Assembly (NCBI GenBank): GCA_034670305.1
Contig: JAXMNT010000003.1
Location: 96,001-160,000 of the forward strand
Direction: 5' to 3'
Length of the DNA: 64,000 bases
Source of the DNA: Deltaproteobacteria bacterium
GTDB lineage: Bacteria > Myxococcota_A > Polyangia > Polyangiales > Houyiibacteriaceae
Below, piece by piece: positions 40,213 through 49,763 of the stretch (the first letter of the stretch is position 1; the number at the start of each line of letters is the position of its first letter). Under the pieces are notes generated by a model that did not search any database, was not told where the DNA came from, and worked only from the letters and a program-made list of their open reading frames with translations. The position numbers and the translations under genes are program-made.

Positions 40213-41103
40213 CTACGGCACTCGCGTTCCAGGCTCCGTCCGCACGCGGGCGCAGCGCCCCTCGATCTCGACCCTCGCGCCGAGCGGAACCGCCGTGTTC
40301 TCTGGCCCGTGCCCAACCGGCGCGCCCAACCACGCCGAACACGAGGTGTCTCGGAAGTGCGCCCGAACGACCTCTTCGGCGGTTGTGTCGTACCTGCCCT
40401 CGCATTGGTGGAGCTGGCCGAAGAGCACCCCCGCCACCCGGTCGAACCACCCGGCCTGCCGAAGCGTGGTCAACATCCGGTCGATGCGGTACGGCGCCTC
40501 GCCGACCTCCTCGAGCAGCAGGACCGCGTCGTCGAGCGGCGGCGCGTGCGGCGTCCCGGCGAGTGCCGCGAGCACAGCGAGGTTGCCGCCCACGAGGTGC
40601 CCCTGGACGGCCCTGGATTCGTGGATCGGGACCAGACCGTCGAATGTGGTCGGCGCGCCTTCGAGTGCGTCCGTCCACTGTTGCTTCGCATCACCGTCGG
40701 CGTTGCCGAGCCACGCCACCATCGGCGCGTGCCAGGAGCCGACGCCCGCCCTCGCCCACGCGGCATGCAGCGCCGTGACGTCGCTGAACCCGACGAGCGG
40801 TTTGTTCGCTGCCGCGATCTCTTCGACGCCGAGGTCCGGCAAGAGCCGGGTCGCACCGTAGCCACCGCGCACCGCGATGAGGGCGTGGGAGTCGTCCGCC
40901 AGCGCGTTTCGAAGCTCCGCCAGACGCCGTCCGTCGTCGCCCGCGAGGAAGCCATGGCGGGTGGTGATCGATTCGTCGTAGCGAACCTCGTAGCGCTCGC
41001 GTAGGAATGCGATGCCGCGGTGGAACGCTTCGACGTCGAAGGGCCCGCTCGGCGCCACCACCGAGAGGATCTGACCGGGGCGCAGCGGATGCGGCGCAAT
41101 CAT
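40213..41103 (-). CDS. ldcA: LD-carboxypeptidase (S66)
   Basis: VVAPSG, RGGYG, GFSDVTALH, GGNL, LLEEVGEAPYRIDRML, GHG. Confidence 0.9.
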   Translation of the reverse strand: MIAPHPLRPGQILSVVAPSGPFDVEAFHRGIAFLRERYEVRYDESITTRHGFLAGDDGRRLAELRNALADDSHALIAVRGGYGATRLLPDLGVEEIAAANKPLVGFSDVTALHAAWARAGVGSWHAPMVAWLGNADGDAKQQWTDALEGAPTTFDGLVPIHESRAVQGHLVGGNLAVLAALAGTPHAPPLDDAVLLLEEVGEAPYRIDRMLTTLRQAGWFDRVAGVLFGQLHQCEGRYDTTAEEVVRAHFRDTSCSAWLGAPVGHGPENTAVPLGARVEIEGRCARVRTEPGTRVP

Positions 41104-41129
41104 GCGAAGACTCCGGTGGGAAAACACAC

Positions 41130-41723
41130 GTGCACGACATCGCACAATACCTGGAGGGGCTGGAGGGGCCATGGGCATATCTCATGCTCGGGCTGGCCGC
41201 GTGCGTGGAGTACGTCGCCCCACCCCTCCCCGGCGACGCATTCGCGCTCGCGGGCGTCGTGCTCGCGGCCACCGCCGGCTGGTCCCCACTCGGTGTGCAT
41301 CTGTCGCTGACGTTGGGCGCGTGCGTCGGGGGACACATCGCGTGGAGTTTTGGCCGCTGGCTGGATGGACGCCGCGACCGCTGGCCGCGCTGGATGATGG
41401 GACCACGCGTCACCAAGTTGCTCGAGAAGACCCAGCAGAAGTTCGACACGCACGGCGCCGTCATCCTCGGCGCCAACCGGTTCATCCCAGCGCTGCGTGC
41501 GTTCTTCTTCGTCGGGGCCGGCTTGAGCAACGTGCCCGTGCGTTCGGTGTGGTTGTGGGGCGGGCTGAGCGCGGCGGTGTGGAACGGCTTGCTGCTCGGA
41601 CTCGGCTGGAGCCTCGGCAGCGTGAGCGCGATGGAAGACGCCTACGGCACGTACGCCATGGGGGTGCTCGCGCTGCTCGTGATGGTCGGCGCAATCTGGT
41701 TCGCGCGCTCGAAGTTTCGCTGA
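41130..41723 (+). CDS. DedA family membrane protein
   Basis: EYVAPPLPGD, G..I..NRFIPALRAF, SAAVWN, TM helices. Confidence 0.88.
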   Translation: MHDIAQYLEGLEGPWAYLMLGLAACVEYVAPPLPGDAFALAGVVLAATAGWSPLGVHLSLTLGACVGGHIAWSFGRWLDGRRDRWPRWMMGPRVTKLLEKTQQKFDTHGAVILGANRFIPALRAFFFVGAGLSNVPVRSVWLWGGLSAAVWNGLLLGLGWSLGSVSAMEDAYGTYAMGVLALLVMVGAIWFARSKFR

Positions 41724-41802
41724 GCCTGTGTCGCACAGGCGTAGCGAAGCCGAATCGGGCACGCTCGGGCACGGGCGCGGGCATGGGCAGGGGTCGCACA
41801 GG
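41724..41802. repeat. Hairpin + short GGGCAN tract flanked by 10-bp direct repeats
   Basis: GCCTGTG-TCG-CACAGGC (41724-40); GTCGCACAGG at 41730-39 and 41793-802. Confidence 0.6.
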
Positions 41803-41884
41803 AGATCGCTGCGGTGCCATGCGGCGCTGGAATCGGGTTGTGCACCTGGCGCCCCTGGCGATTCGGGGGCACGATGCGTGCTTC

Positions 41885-42904
41885 ATGACCTTGCGTTTGT
41901 GGTGTGTGGTGGGTCTGGCGTGTGGTGTGGCGCTGGCTTCTTCTTGTAGCAGTGACGACGGACCGGGCGGCAGCTGCCCCGGTGTGGATCCCTCCGCCAT
42001 GTGCGGCACGGACCTCGGTCGTCGACTCCCTGCGATGGCGACCGGTTCGACCGTCGGTGGGCCGGACGACTACTTCGGCGCGTCGTGCGGAGGGGGCGGC
42101 GTCGCGGCCGACGCGGCCTACACCTGGACCGCACCAAGCGCGGGCCGCTACCACATCAGCACCGAAGGCTCCGACTTCGACACGATCCTCTACGTCCGCC
42201 AGGGCGGCTGCGAGGGCTCCGAAATCGCCTGCAACGACGACGTGCAGCGGGGCACGCTGCACTCGCGCCTCTCGCTGGAGCTCGAGGCCTGCGAGACGAT
42301 CACGATCATCGTCGACGGGTTCAACGAAGCCGCCGAAGGCGCGTTTGAACTTCGCATCGAAGGCACCGAGACCAGCTGCGACGACGGCTTGGACGACGAC
42401 GGCGACGGCGCGGTGGACTGCGAAGACCTCGACTGCTTCGGACCGAGCTGCACCGGCACCGACACCTACCCCGCCGAGTGGGAAGCGCTCGAGTGGCAGA
42501 TGCTCGAAGAGGTCAACCGCTACCGCGCCATGGGCGCCACCTGCGACACCGATGTGTTCGGCCCCGCGCCGCCGCTCGAGATGGACACGGTGATCCGCTC
42601 CGCCGCGCGCCCCCACAGCATCGACATGGGCGCGCAAAACTACTTCGAACACGACAGCTTGGATGGGCGCACGTTCTCCGACCGGATGGAGAACGCCGGG
42701 TTCACGGGCGGCTTCCCCTGGGGCGAGAACATCGCGGCGGGATACGGCACCGCGGAGGCGGCCACCGCCGGACTGATCCGCAGCCCGGGCCACTGCCGGA
42801 ACATCATGAACCCAGCGTTCACGGTGATCGGCATCGGCTACGCCTACGATCCGATGTCAGAGTTCGGCCACTACTGGACCCAGGACTTCGCCGGCTCGCA
42901 CTAG
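41885..42904 (+). CDS. CAP (SCP) domain lipoprotein with N-terminal PPC-like domain
   Basis: SSCSSDD; STEGSDFDTILYV..ACNDD; VNRYRA, HSIDM..YFEH, GENIA, SPGHCRNIM, YWTQDF. Confidence 0.85.
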   Translation: MTLRLWCVVGLACGVALASSCSSDDGPGGSCPGVDPSAMCGTDLGRRLPAMATGSTVGGPDDYFGASCGGGGVAADAAYTWTAPSAGRYHISTEGSDFDTILYVRQGGCEGSEIACNDDVQRGTLHSRLSLELEACETITIIVDGFNEAAEGAFELRIEGTETSCDDGLDDDGDGAVDCEDLDCFGPSCTGTDTYPAEWEALEWQMLEEVNRYRAMGATCDTDVFGPAPPLEMDTVIRSAARPHSIDMGAQNYFEHDSLDGRTFSDRMENAGFTGGFPWGENIAAGYGTAEAATAGLIRSPGHCRNIMNPAFTVIGIGYAYDPMSEFGHYWTQDFAGSH

Positions 42905-43236
42905 CCCTCGAGTTCCCAGACTTCCATCAGCCACGAGAGCAGTTCGGACTCTGCGCCGTCGATCCCGTCGACGGCGGCGAGGCCGACGAGGACGCCGTAC
43001 ATCCATTCCCGGACCATCTTGCGCGGCAGTTCGGAGACCAGGTCGCTCAGCTCTTCCATCTCCATCGTCTGCGACTCGGTCATCATCGACCAGAACGAGG
43101 TCGCGCCGATCTCGCGTGCGAGCGCCGACACCGCCGCCGCTTCCTTCGGAGTGAACTCGCCGTCCATGCGCACCATGAGCCGGACGAGCCCCGCCAGGGC
43201 GAGCTGTTCTTGTGCGTCGAGATCCGAGAACTTCAC
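42901..43236 (-). CDS. TerB-like protein
   Basis: MVRMDGEFTPKE and LAAVDGIDGAE duplicated TerB-type motifs. Confidence 0.7.
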   Translation of the reverse strand: MKFSDLDAQEQLALAGLVRLMVRMDGEFTPKEAAAVSALAREIGATSFWSMMTESQTMEMEELSDLVSELPRKMVREWMYGVLVGLAAVDGIDGAESELLSWLMEVWELEG

Positions 43237-43270
43237 GAGTTGCCTTTGCGTTGGGGTCGGGGCGCCGGGC

Positions 43271-44398
43271 TCAGCGCAAGAGAAGGACGACCAGTGCCGC
43301 CGCCGCCAGCAGCACGAGGACAAGCAGTATCCACAATCCGGCGCGGCTTGTGGGGAGATCCACCGCCTCCTCGTCGAGCGCGGGTGTGCGGGCGCGTTTG
43401 GAGCCCCGGGACACCAGCGGGACCGGCGCCGCGGACGGGGGCACGTAGCCGGGCGGTGGGCCGGGGATGTCCTCGGCGCTGATCGCCGGCATCGTGTCCT
43501 TGTAGGCGCTCGTCGGATCGAGCACCCCTTCCCACGTCTTGCGCGCCCGCAGTTCCGCAAACGGGAGGAGTGCACTGCCAAACGCCGAGATGCTGGCGAA
43601 GCGGTTCGCGGGTTCCCGGTCGAGCGCCCGCTCCACCGCGTCGGACAACTCTTCCGGTACCGAGACCAGCGCGCCGAGCGGCGTGTACTGGCCTGCCATC
43701 TGCAGTTCCAAGAGCTCGAAGAACGTGTCGACGGGATGTCGGCGGCGCCCACTCAACATCTCGTACAGGAGCGCCGAGAGCGCGAACTGATCCGCCCGCG
43801 CATCCACCCGCTTCGCGCTGTCGAGCTGTTCGGGCGCCATGTAGACAGGCGTGCCGAGCATCGCTGAGCTGTTGGTCAGGTCGATCCCGTCGAACAACTT
43901 GGAGACCCCGAAGTCCATGATCACCGGTCGCGTGCCTTCCGAGTCCGGCACGAGCATCACGTTGTCCGGTTTCAGGTCCCGGTGCACGACCCCCGCCGCG
44001 TGGGCCGTGGCCAAACCCGCCACGAGCGGCAAAGCCACGCCGAGCGCGTCGTGAAGCGGCATCGCCCCGCGACCGAGGCGCGTCGCCAAGGTCTCGCCGG
44101 CCAAGAGCTCCATGATCAAGTACGGCCGTCCCTCGAACACACCGAGGTCGTGCATCGTGACGACGTTCGGATGTTCGAGCCGCCCGGCGACCTTGCCTTC
44201 CCGCAAGAACCGCTGGACCGCTTCAGGCGATTGCGCGAGCGCCGGATGCAACAGCTTCAGTGCGAACGATCGATGCAGCTTCGTGTGCGCGACCTCGTAG
44301 ATGTCGCCGGTCTTGCCCGAAGCGAGGTAGTGAACCACCCGGTAAGAGTCCAGAACGGTGCCGGGCGCGAGCCGGGCGTCTTGGTGCGTCCCCTGCAC
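43271..44398 (-). CDS. Ser/Thr protein kinase with C-terminal TM
   Basis: ALKLL, HPNVV, HRDLKPDN, DFG, GTPVYMAPE, ADQFAL. Confidence 0.9.
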   Translation of the reverse strand: MQGTHQDARLAPGTVLDSYRVVHYLASGKTGDIYEVAHTKLHRSFALKLLHPALAQSPEAVQRFLREGKVAGRLEHPNVVTMHDLGVFEGRPYLIMELLAGETLATRLGRGAMPLHDALGVALPLVAGLATAHAAGVVHRDLKPDNVMLVPDSEGTRPVIMDFGVSKLFDGIDLTNSSAMLGTPVYMAPEQLDSAKRVDARADQFALSALLYEMLSGRRRHPVDTFFELLELQMAGQYTPLGALVSVPEELSDAVERALDREPANRFASISAFGSALLPFAELRARKTWEGVLDPTSAYKDTMPAISAEDIPGPPPGYVPPSAAPVPLVSRGSKRARTPALDEEAVDLPTSRAGLWILLVLVLLAAAALVVLLLR

Positions 44399-44452
44399 GG
44401 GCGGAGCCTACCACCTGGCTGCGTGCCGCGGGCAGCGCTCGACCCACCGAGT

Positions 44453-45883
44453 TCAGCCGGCCACTCGGAGCAAGCCGCGCTCGAGCACTTCGAAGATCCG
44501 CGGCCAATCGGCGAGCGGCACCACGGGCATCGGCGGCAGAAGACGAAGGTGCACCGGGCCGTGTCCGCACCAGAACACGACCGCGCCTTCGTCGTAGATC
44601 GCTTTGGCGGCCGCGACGATCTTCTCTTTGACGCCGCCGAACGGCGTCAGCCGCATCATGCCGCCCGCGCCACCGAACAACGTCGTCGTGCCTTCGGCCT
44701 TCGGGAACAGCGCGGGGTGTTTGGCGATCAGCGCTTTGCACTGGGTGCGGAAGGCTTGCTGGTGCTGGCTGAAGAGGCCCGTCTCGCCGTAGCAGCCGCC
44801 ATTCGCGAGCTCGTCGAGAATCGCGAGGCCCACCGCGAAGTCGGTCGTGCCGCTGGTGAACGTACCGCTGAGCAGACCCGGCTGCGGGTTGAACTCCTCG
44901 GTGAACATCGCCGCGCACGTGTGGGTCATCTTGCCGACACACAGCACATCGACGTACTCGCCGACGCCGAAGTGGTCGTACGCGAACATCTCGGTGGTCC
45001 GCCCGAACGACTGGATCTCGTCGTCCCAGACCGGGATCTCGTTCGCCCGCGCGAGCTTCATGACCTCGACCAGAAAATCGCGCGGCGGCACGTTGAATCC
45101 GCCTTCGCCCTGGATGAGTTCGAGCACGAGACACGCGTGTTTGCCCGGGTAGCGGTCGATGTACTCCTGCATGCGCGCGAGCACGTCGTCGATGACCTTC
45201 TTGGCACCGTGTGCTTCGGCCGCGACCGGATCCCAGAAGGGCAGGTAGTCCACCGCCTGGTTCACCGGCAGGCCGACTCGGGCGCCCGCGCTGTCGCCGA
45301 TGGAGGTCATCGTCAGGCTGCGCCCCATGAAGCAGTGCTCGAACGCCATCACGCGATCCGCCACGTGCCCCGCGAGGTGCCGCTTCTGCATGCAGACCTT
45401 GAGCGCGCTCTCGTTCGCCATCGCACCCGAGGTCGTCAGAAACGCGTGCCGCAACTTCGAGCCCTTGCTCGCGTGCTCGACCAGCTTCTTGGCGAACTCA
45501 TAAGGGATGGTGCCCGACTGGAGGTTGCCGTGTTTCGTCGTGTCCTCGAGCGACGCTTCCAGCGACGCGCGGACCACCTTCGGATGGGAGTGACCGAGCA
45601 CGTGCACGCCGATGCCGGTGACCAGATCCCACTTCACCGAACCGTCCGCCAACTCCACCAGCGCGCCACGCCCGGCGCCACTCCCGAGGTACGGATACAG
45701 AAGCGCGCGACCGCGGGAATCGCCGGCGGTCTTCACGAGCTCGTCGTACGCGACCTTCAGCTCGGGGTTGGGCGGACGCACGTCCGTGATCGATGCGGTG
45801 GCCGACTCGACCTCCGCGACGATCGTGTCGAAAGCCGCCTGGATTGCGGGGTTGCCCCGCAGCGATGCGCCGATGGTGCTCAT
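44453..45883 (-). CDS. Class III PLP aminotransferase (acetylornithine/lysine/GABA-type)
   Basis: LGHSHP, SGAMANE, FMGRS, ELIQGEGG, DEIQSFGRT, VGKM, GTF. Confidence 0.9.
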   Translation of the reverse strand: MSTIGASLRGNPAIQAAFDTIVAEVESATASITDVRPPNPELKVAYDELVKTAGDSRGRALLYPYLGSGAGRGALVELADGSVKWDLVTGIGVHVLGHSHPKVVRASLEASLEDTTKHGNLQSGTIPYEFAKKLVEHASKGSKLRHAFLTTSGAMANESALKVCMQKRHLAGHVADRVMAFEHCFMGRSLTMTSIGDSAGARVGLPVNQAVDYLPFWDPVAAEAHGAKKVIDDVLARMQEYIDRYPGKHACLVLELIQGEGGFNVPPRDFLVEVMKLARANEIPVWDDEIQSFGRTTEMFAYDHFGVGEYVDVLCVGKMTHTCAAMFTEEFNPQPGLLSGTFTSGTTDFAVGLAILDELANGGCYGETGLFSQHQQAFRTQCKALIAKHPALFPKAEGTTTLFGGAGGMMRLTPFGGVKEKIVAAAKAIYDEGAVVFWCGHGPVHLRLLPPMPVVPLADWPRIFEVLERGLLRVAG

Positions 45884-45925
45884 GGGCGCGGAGCGTACCG
45901 CGCGGGTTGGTGGTATCAACGGCTC

Positions 45926-46411
45926 ATGGCGAAAAAGCGACCGGCGAAACGCAAACGAGCCGCCCCCCAAGCCGGCCAGGGGTGTCCCTGCGGTGGGGCG
46001 TCGTACGAGTCGTGCTGCGGCCCGATTCACGCGGGGACACCGCCGCGCGACGCGGAACAACTGATGCGGTCCCGGTTCAGCGCGTTCGTCCGCAAGGACG
46101 GCGCCTACATCTGGCGCACCCTGCATTCGGAACACGACGCCAGAAGCGGCGAACAAGCCTCCTTCGTCCAGTCGATCGCCTCGACCCGGCGCCGCTACAC
46201 GGCGCTGCGCGTACTCGACACCGCACCGCCCGACCGGGACGGCGCGGCCATGGTCCTCTTCGCTGCCCGCTTCGACGACGGCCTTCGCAAAGGCCACCTC
46301 GTCGAGCTCAGCGTGTTCCTGGACGAAGGCGGATGGAAGTACCTGGCGGGTGAGATCTTCGACCTCGCGGAAGACCAGATCGAGGGCCTGACGATCGCCA
46401 CGCTTCGGTAG
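45926..46411 (+). CDS. ychJ: YchJ family (SEC-C + NTF2-like) protein
   Basis: CPCGG..YESCCGPIH, AEQLMRSRFSAF, ELSVF..WKY. Confidence 0.85.
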   Translation: MAKKRPAKRKRAAPQAGQGCPCGGASYESCCGPIHAGTPPRDAEQLMRSRFSAFVRKDGAYIWRTLHSEHDARSGEQASFVQSIASTRRRYTALRVLDTAPPDRDGAAMVLFAARFDDGLRKGHLVELSVFLDEGGWKYLAGEIFDLAEDQIEGLTIATLR

Positions 46412-46472
46412 CTCGAGAGCCACCCTTCGATGGCCGCTCGCCGCGGGCGGCGAACGCGTCTACGACTGCGCC

Positions 46473-47471
46473 ATGCGCGACGCCTTCAACGCCACCCGCT
46501 TCGAGCGCGGTTCCCAGGCCGGCCACTACGAGAGCTGGTTCCAGCGGGCCAACCACCCCACCCGGCCCGAAGCGTTCTGGATCCGCTACACCATCTTCTC
46601 GCCGAAGGGCCGGCCCCAAGACGCGATCGGCGAACTCTGGGCAATCCATTTTCGGCGCGCAGGCGACGAGAACCACATCGTCGCGGTCCGCGAGGAACAT
46701 CCCATCGCCGCGTGCCGCTTCGCCAGCTCCGGCATCGAGACCTCGATCGCTCACGCTCAGCTTCGCGATGGCGCGTTGACCGGACGCGCGGCCACCAGCC
46801 ACCACGCGATCGCCTGGGACCTCACGTACGAGGGCGGCATGCGGCCGCTGCTGCTGTTGCCCGAGCGCCTCTACGCCGGCGGGTTCCCCAAAGCGAAAGC
46901 GCTCGTGGGGACGCCGCTCTGCACCTACCGGGGCCACTTGGAGGTCGACTCAGAGCGCGTCGACATCGACGGCTGGGTCGGAAGCCAGAACCACAACTGG
47001 GGCAGCAAACACACCGACGAATACGCCTGGGGACAAGTCGCTGGCTTCGACAACGAACCCGAGGCGTTCCTCGAGGTGAGCACCGCGCGGGTGCACCTGG
47101 GACCGATCAAGACGCCGTGGCTGACGCCCATCGTCCTGCGGATCGGTGAGCGCGAGTTCGCGATCAACGCCCTCTGGCGGGCGGTGCGCAACAAGGGCCG
47201 CTACGACGCGCGGTCGCTGGAGTGGCGCTTCTCCGGCAGCCAGGGCAGCACCCGCATCGAGGGACATGTCTCGGCCCCGCGGAGCGCGTTCGTGGCGCTT
47301 CCGTACGGCAACCCGCCCGGCGGCGTGAAGACCTGCCTGAACTGCAAACTCGCCCGCTGTGAGGTCGAGCTGACCGAAGGCGGAAGGACCCGGCGTTTGC
47401 AAACCGCCGACCGCGCCGCGTTCGAGATCCTCACCGACACCACCGATCACGGCGTCGCACTGGCGTTCTGA
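46473..47471 (+). CDS. Tocopherol-cyclase/AttH-like fold hypothetical protein
   Basis: HYESWF, FWIRYT, GSQNHNWG..YAWG, Y.NP.G motifs. Confidence 0.6.
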   Translation: MRDAFNATRFERGSQAGHYESWFQRANHPTRPEAFWIRYTIFSPKGRPQDAIGELWAIHFRRAGDENHIVAVREEHPIAACRFASSGIETSIAHAQLRDGALTGRAATSHHAIAWDLTYEGGMRPLLLLPERLYAGGFPKAKALVGTPLCTYRGHLEVDSERVDIDGWVGSQNHNWGSKHTDEYAWGQVAGFDNEPEAFLEVSTARVHLGPIKTPWLTPIVLRIGEREFAINALWRAVRNKGRYDARSLEWRFSGSQGSTRIEGHVSAPRSAFVALPYGNPPGGVKTCLNCKLARCEVELTEGGRTRRLQTADRAAFEILTDTTDHGVALAF

Positions 47472-47562
47472 GCGTCTCGCGGCGCGAGCCAGGCCGGGAA
47501 TATCCCCCTTGGACCTGGCTGCGATCTGAATCATGCTGCGCAGCGGTACACGGAGGAAACTG

Positions 47563-47970
47563 ATGAACCGACTGACCCTTATGGGAATGCTTGCTCTCGT
47601 CGCCGCGGCTTGCGGTGGCCCCCAGGAATACGCGATCGCTGGCACCGAACGGGCGGCTGGCGCCGACGGGATGGTGATCGTGGAAGAGATCGAAGGAAAC
47701 CGCATGGTCTCCGTCGAGCTCGAGCACCTGCCGCCGCCCGACCGCATCAGCGGCAGCGCCACGGTCTACATCGTGTGGATCCAGCCGAACGGCGCGCAGC
47801 CGACCATGGCTGGCCGCCTCGAGTACGATCCCGACGACCGGGTCGGCCGCATGCGCGCGACCACGCCCCACACGAACTTCAAGGTGCTCGTCACGGCGGA
47901 AGCCGATGCACAGGCCGCCTCCCCGTCCGACGTGGTCGTCGCGCGGCAAGAGGTCTCCGGCGAAGACTGA
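47563..47970 (+). CDS. Lipoprotein, anti-sigma-K (RskA) C-domain-like
   Basis: GGAGG RBS; AACGG lipobox; EHLPPP, YIVWI, GRL, VLVTAE..SPS. Confidence 0.65.
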   Translation: MNRLTLMGMLALVAAACGGPQEYAIAGTERAAGADGMVIVEEIEGNRMVSVELEHLPPPDRISGSATVYIVWIQPNGAQPTMAGRLEYDPDDRVGRMRATTPHTNFKVLVTAEADAQAASPSDVVVARQEVSGED

Positions 47971-48003
47971 CCCGGTGAGCCTCTCAGGCTGCTGGTGACC
48001 TTC

Positions 48004-49431
48004 ATGACTCCCCCGGAATACGAGCTGCCACGCCCCGTGGCACGCTCAGGCCGGGGGAGTTTTTCGTTGGTCGGGGCGCTGCTGCTGACATGCATCCTCG
48101 GCGTGGCCGACCTCGCGCACGCACACGGCAGGCCCCCATCCCTTCAGCGCATCGTGCGCGACCCGACCGATGCCGCACACGTCGTTGCGCAGGCGACCTG
48201 GGGACTCGCGTCCACCGTCGACGGCGGGGCCAGTTGGCAGTGGAGCTGCGCTGCCGCGTACGATGTCGATCCCCGGATGGAGGATCCCCGGATCGGGTTC
48301 CTGCCCACCGGCGCGCTCTACCTGACGACCTTCGGCGGGCTCTACACCACGGGCGACCACTGCGGCTTCGCATCGGATGGTGACCCGAGTTTCGGTGGCT
48401 ACCCGATCGATCTCGCGAGCGACGCAAGCGGCGGACTCTTCGTGGCGATCAACGTCGCGTTCGAGACCGACGAGCTCTGGTACCGCGATCCCAGTGGCGC
48501 GTGGGCGCTGCAAGGTCCCGTCGGCACGGTGGAGGACCTGGTCGACACCTTGGTGGGATCACCTTCGGATCCTACGCGGCTCTACACCGGCGGCGGATCG
48601 ATCCGGCAGCCCGATCTGAGCCGGCGCATCTTCATCCAGCGGAGCTCCGACGCCGGCCGCACCTTCGAGACCACCTACTTCGAGCCGCGCGGCGAGGAGT
48701 ACGCCATCCACGTTCTGCAGGTCGACCCTGCGAACCCCGACGTGCTCTGGGCGGTCACCCGGACCTTCGACGGCGAAGCGGCGCAGGAACGGTTGCTTCG
48801 AAGCGTCGATGGTGGCGCCACCCTGACAGTCCAGCACGAACTTCCCCAGCTGCTCGGCTTCGCGATCGGCACCGACGGGCACGTCTGGGCCGGCAGCGCG
48901 CTCGGTGGGCTCTTTCGATCGTCGGACGGAGGCGAGACCTTCGAACGCATCAGCGAGACCCACGTGCGCTGCCTCCACGAACACGATGGCGCCATGTGGA
49001 TCTGTGGCGACCCAGGACTCGACGGCCATGCCATCGCGGTTTGGAACGAAACACTCGGAGCGGCGGAGCCACTGCTGGAGCTCTCGGAGATCCTGCAGCA
49101 GCGCGACTGTCCGACCTGCACCGACGTCGGCGTCGAGTGCCCTTCGTGGTTGCCGGACATCGTCTTGGACCTCGGTCTCGATCCGGAGGAAGCTGGGCTC
49201 ATGGGGCCGCTGCCGGATCCGGACGCCGGCTCGACCGGTGCCCCGCGCGACGCCGGTCTGCCCTTCGAGTGCGGGGGACCACCGCCCCCTGACACAGGGT
49301 GCGGTTGTCGCATCGCCCCAAACGAAAAGAGCCCGACCACCTGGGCCGGGCTCATTCTCACTGCGGGCGCGCTCGTTCAGCGACGTCGGCGGCGCAGAAG
49401 CACCAGGCCGAGCAGACCGAGCAAGCCGTAA
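48004..49431 (+). CDS. BNR/Asp-box beta-propeller protein with MYXO-CTERM-like tail
   Basis: Signal AHA-HGR; STVDGGASW, RSSDAGRTF, RSVDGGATL, RSSDGGETF; GCGC..hydrophobic..RRRRRR. Confidence 0.8.
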   Translation: MTPPEYELPRPVARSGRGSFSLVGALLLTCILGVADLAHAHGRPPSLQRIVRDPTDAAHVVAQATWGLASTVDGGASWQWSCAAAYDVDPRMEDPRIGFLPTGALYLTTFGGLYTTGDHCGFASDGDPSFGGYPIDLASDASGGLFVAINVAFETDELWYRDPSGAWALQGPVGTVEDLVDTLVGSPSDPTRLYTGGGSIRQPDLSRRIFIQRSSDAGRTFETTYFEPRGEEYAIHVLQVDPANPDVLWAVTRTFDGEAAQERLLRSVDGGATLTVQHELPQLLGFAIGTDGHVWAGSALGGLFRSSDGGETFERISETHVRCLHEHDGAMWICGDPGLDGHAIAVWNETLGAAEPLLELSEILQQRDCPTCTDVGVECPSWLPDIVLDLGLDPEEAGLMGPLPDPDAGSTGAPRDAGLPFECGGPPPPDTGCGCRIAPNEKSPTTWAGLILTAGALVQRRRRRRSTRPSRPSKP

Positions 49432-49763
49432 GGCGCGTCGCCGGTGTGCCCGACGGAGCAACCGCCGTCGTCGCCACCACCACCACCGCCTGCGTCCGTT
49501 CCGCCGCCGCCTGCGTCGGTCCCGCCCGAACATGCCGGCGTGGTGCGCTGGCTCCAGTTGCGCTGGTCCTGCGACGGATCACAGAACTCGCACGCATCCG
49601 CCGGGTTGGCTTCTTCGGTCGCACGGCAGCTGCCGTCGATCAGACAGCACGCGCCGCCACAACAAATGTCCTGGGTGACCGAGCCGACTTCTTGCGCCGA
49701 GGCCGGCGCCGAGAATCCAAAGGCGCTTCCAACCAGCGCGACCATCAACAAACGAACCTTCAT
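49377..49763 (-). CDS. Small Cys-rich MYXO-CTERM protein (paralog 2)
   Basis: Signal ASA; CCGGACC..CDPS..W; DDGGCSV..LLGLVLLRRRRR. Confidence 0.8.
   Translation of the reverse strand: MKVRLLMVALVGSAFGFSAPASAQEVGSVTQDICCGGACCLIDGSCRATEEANPADACEFCDPSQDQRNWSQRTTPACSGGTDAGGGGTDAGGGGGGDDGGCSVGHTGDAPYGLLGLLGLVLLRRRRR

Noticed and set aside
41868..41881. Sigma54 promoter GGCACGATGCGTGC
   Set aside because: Spacing fits GG-N10-GC but the predicted TSS falls downstream of the likely ATG 41885; tenable only with a later start
42901..44398. TerB + kinase as a ter stress/defence cluster
   Set aside because: No other ter genes nearby; stand-alone TerB-like genes are common
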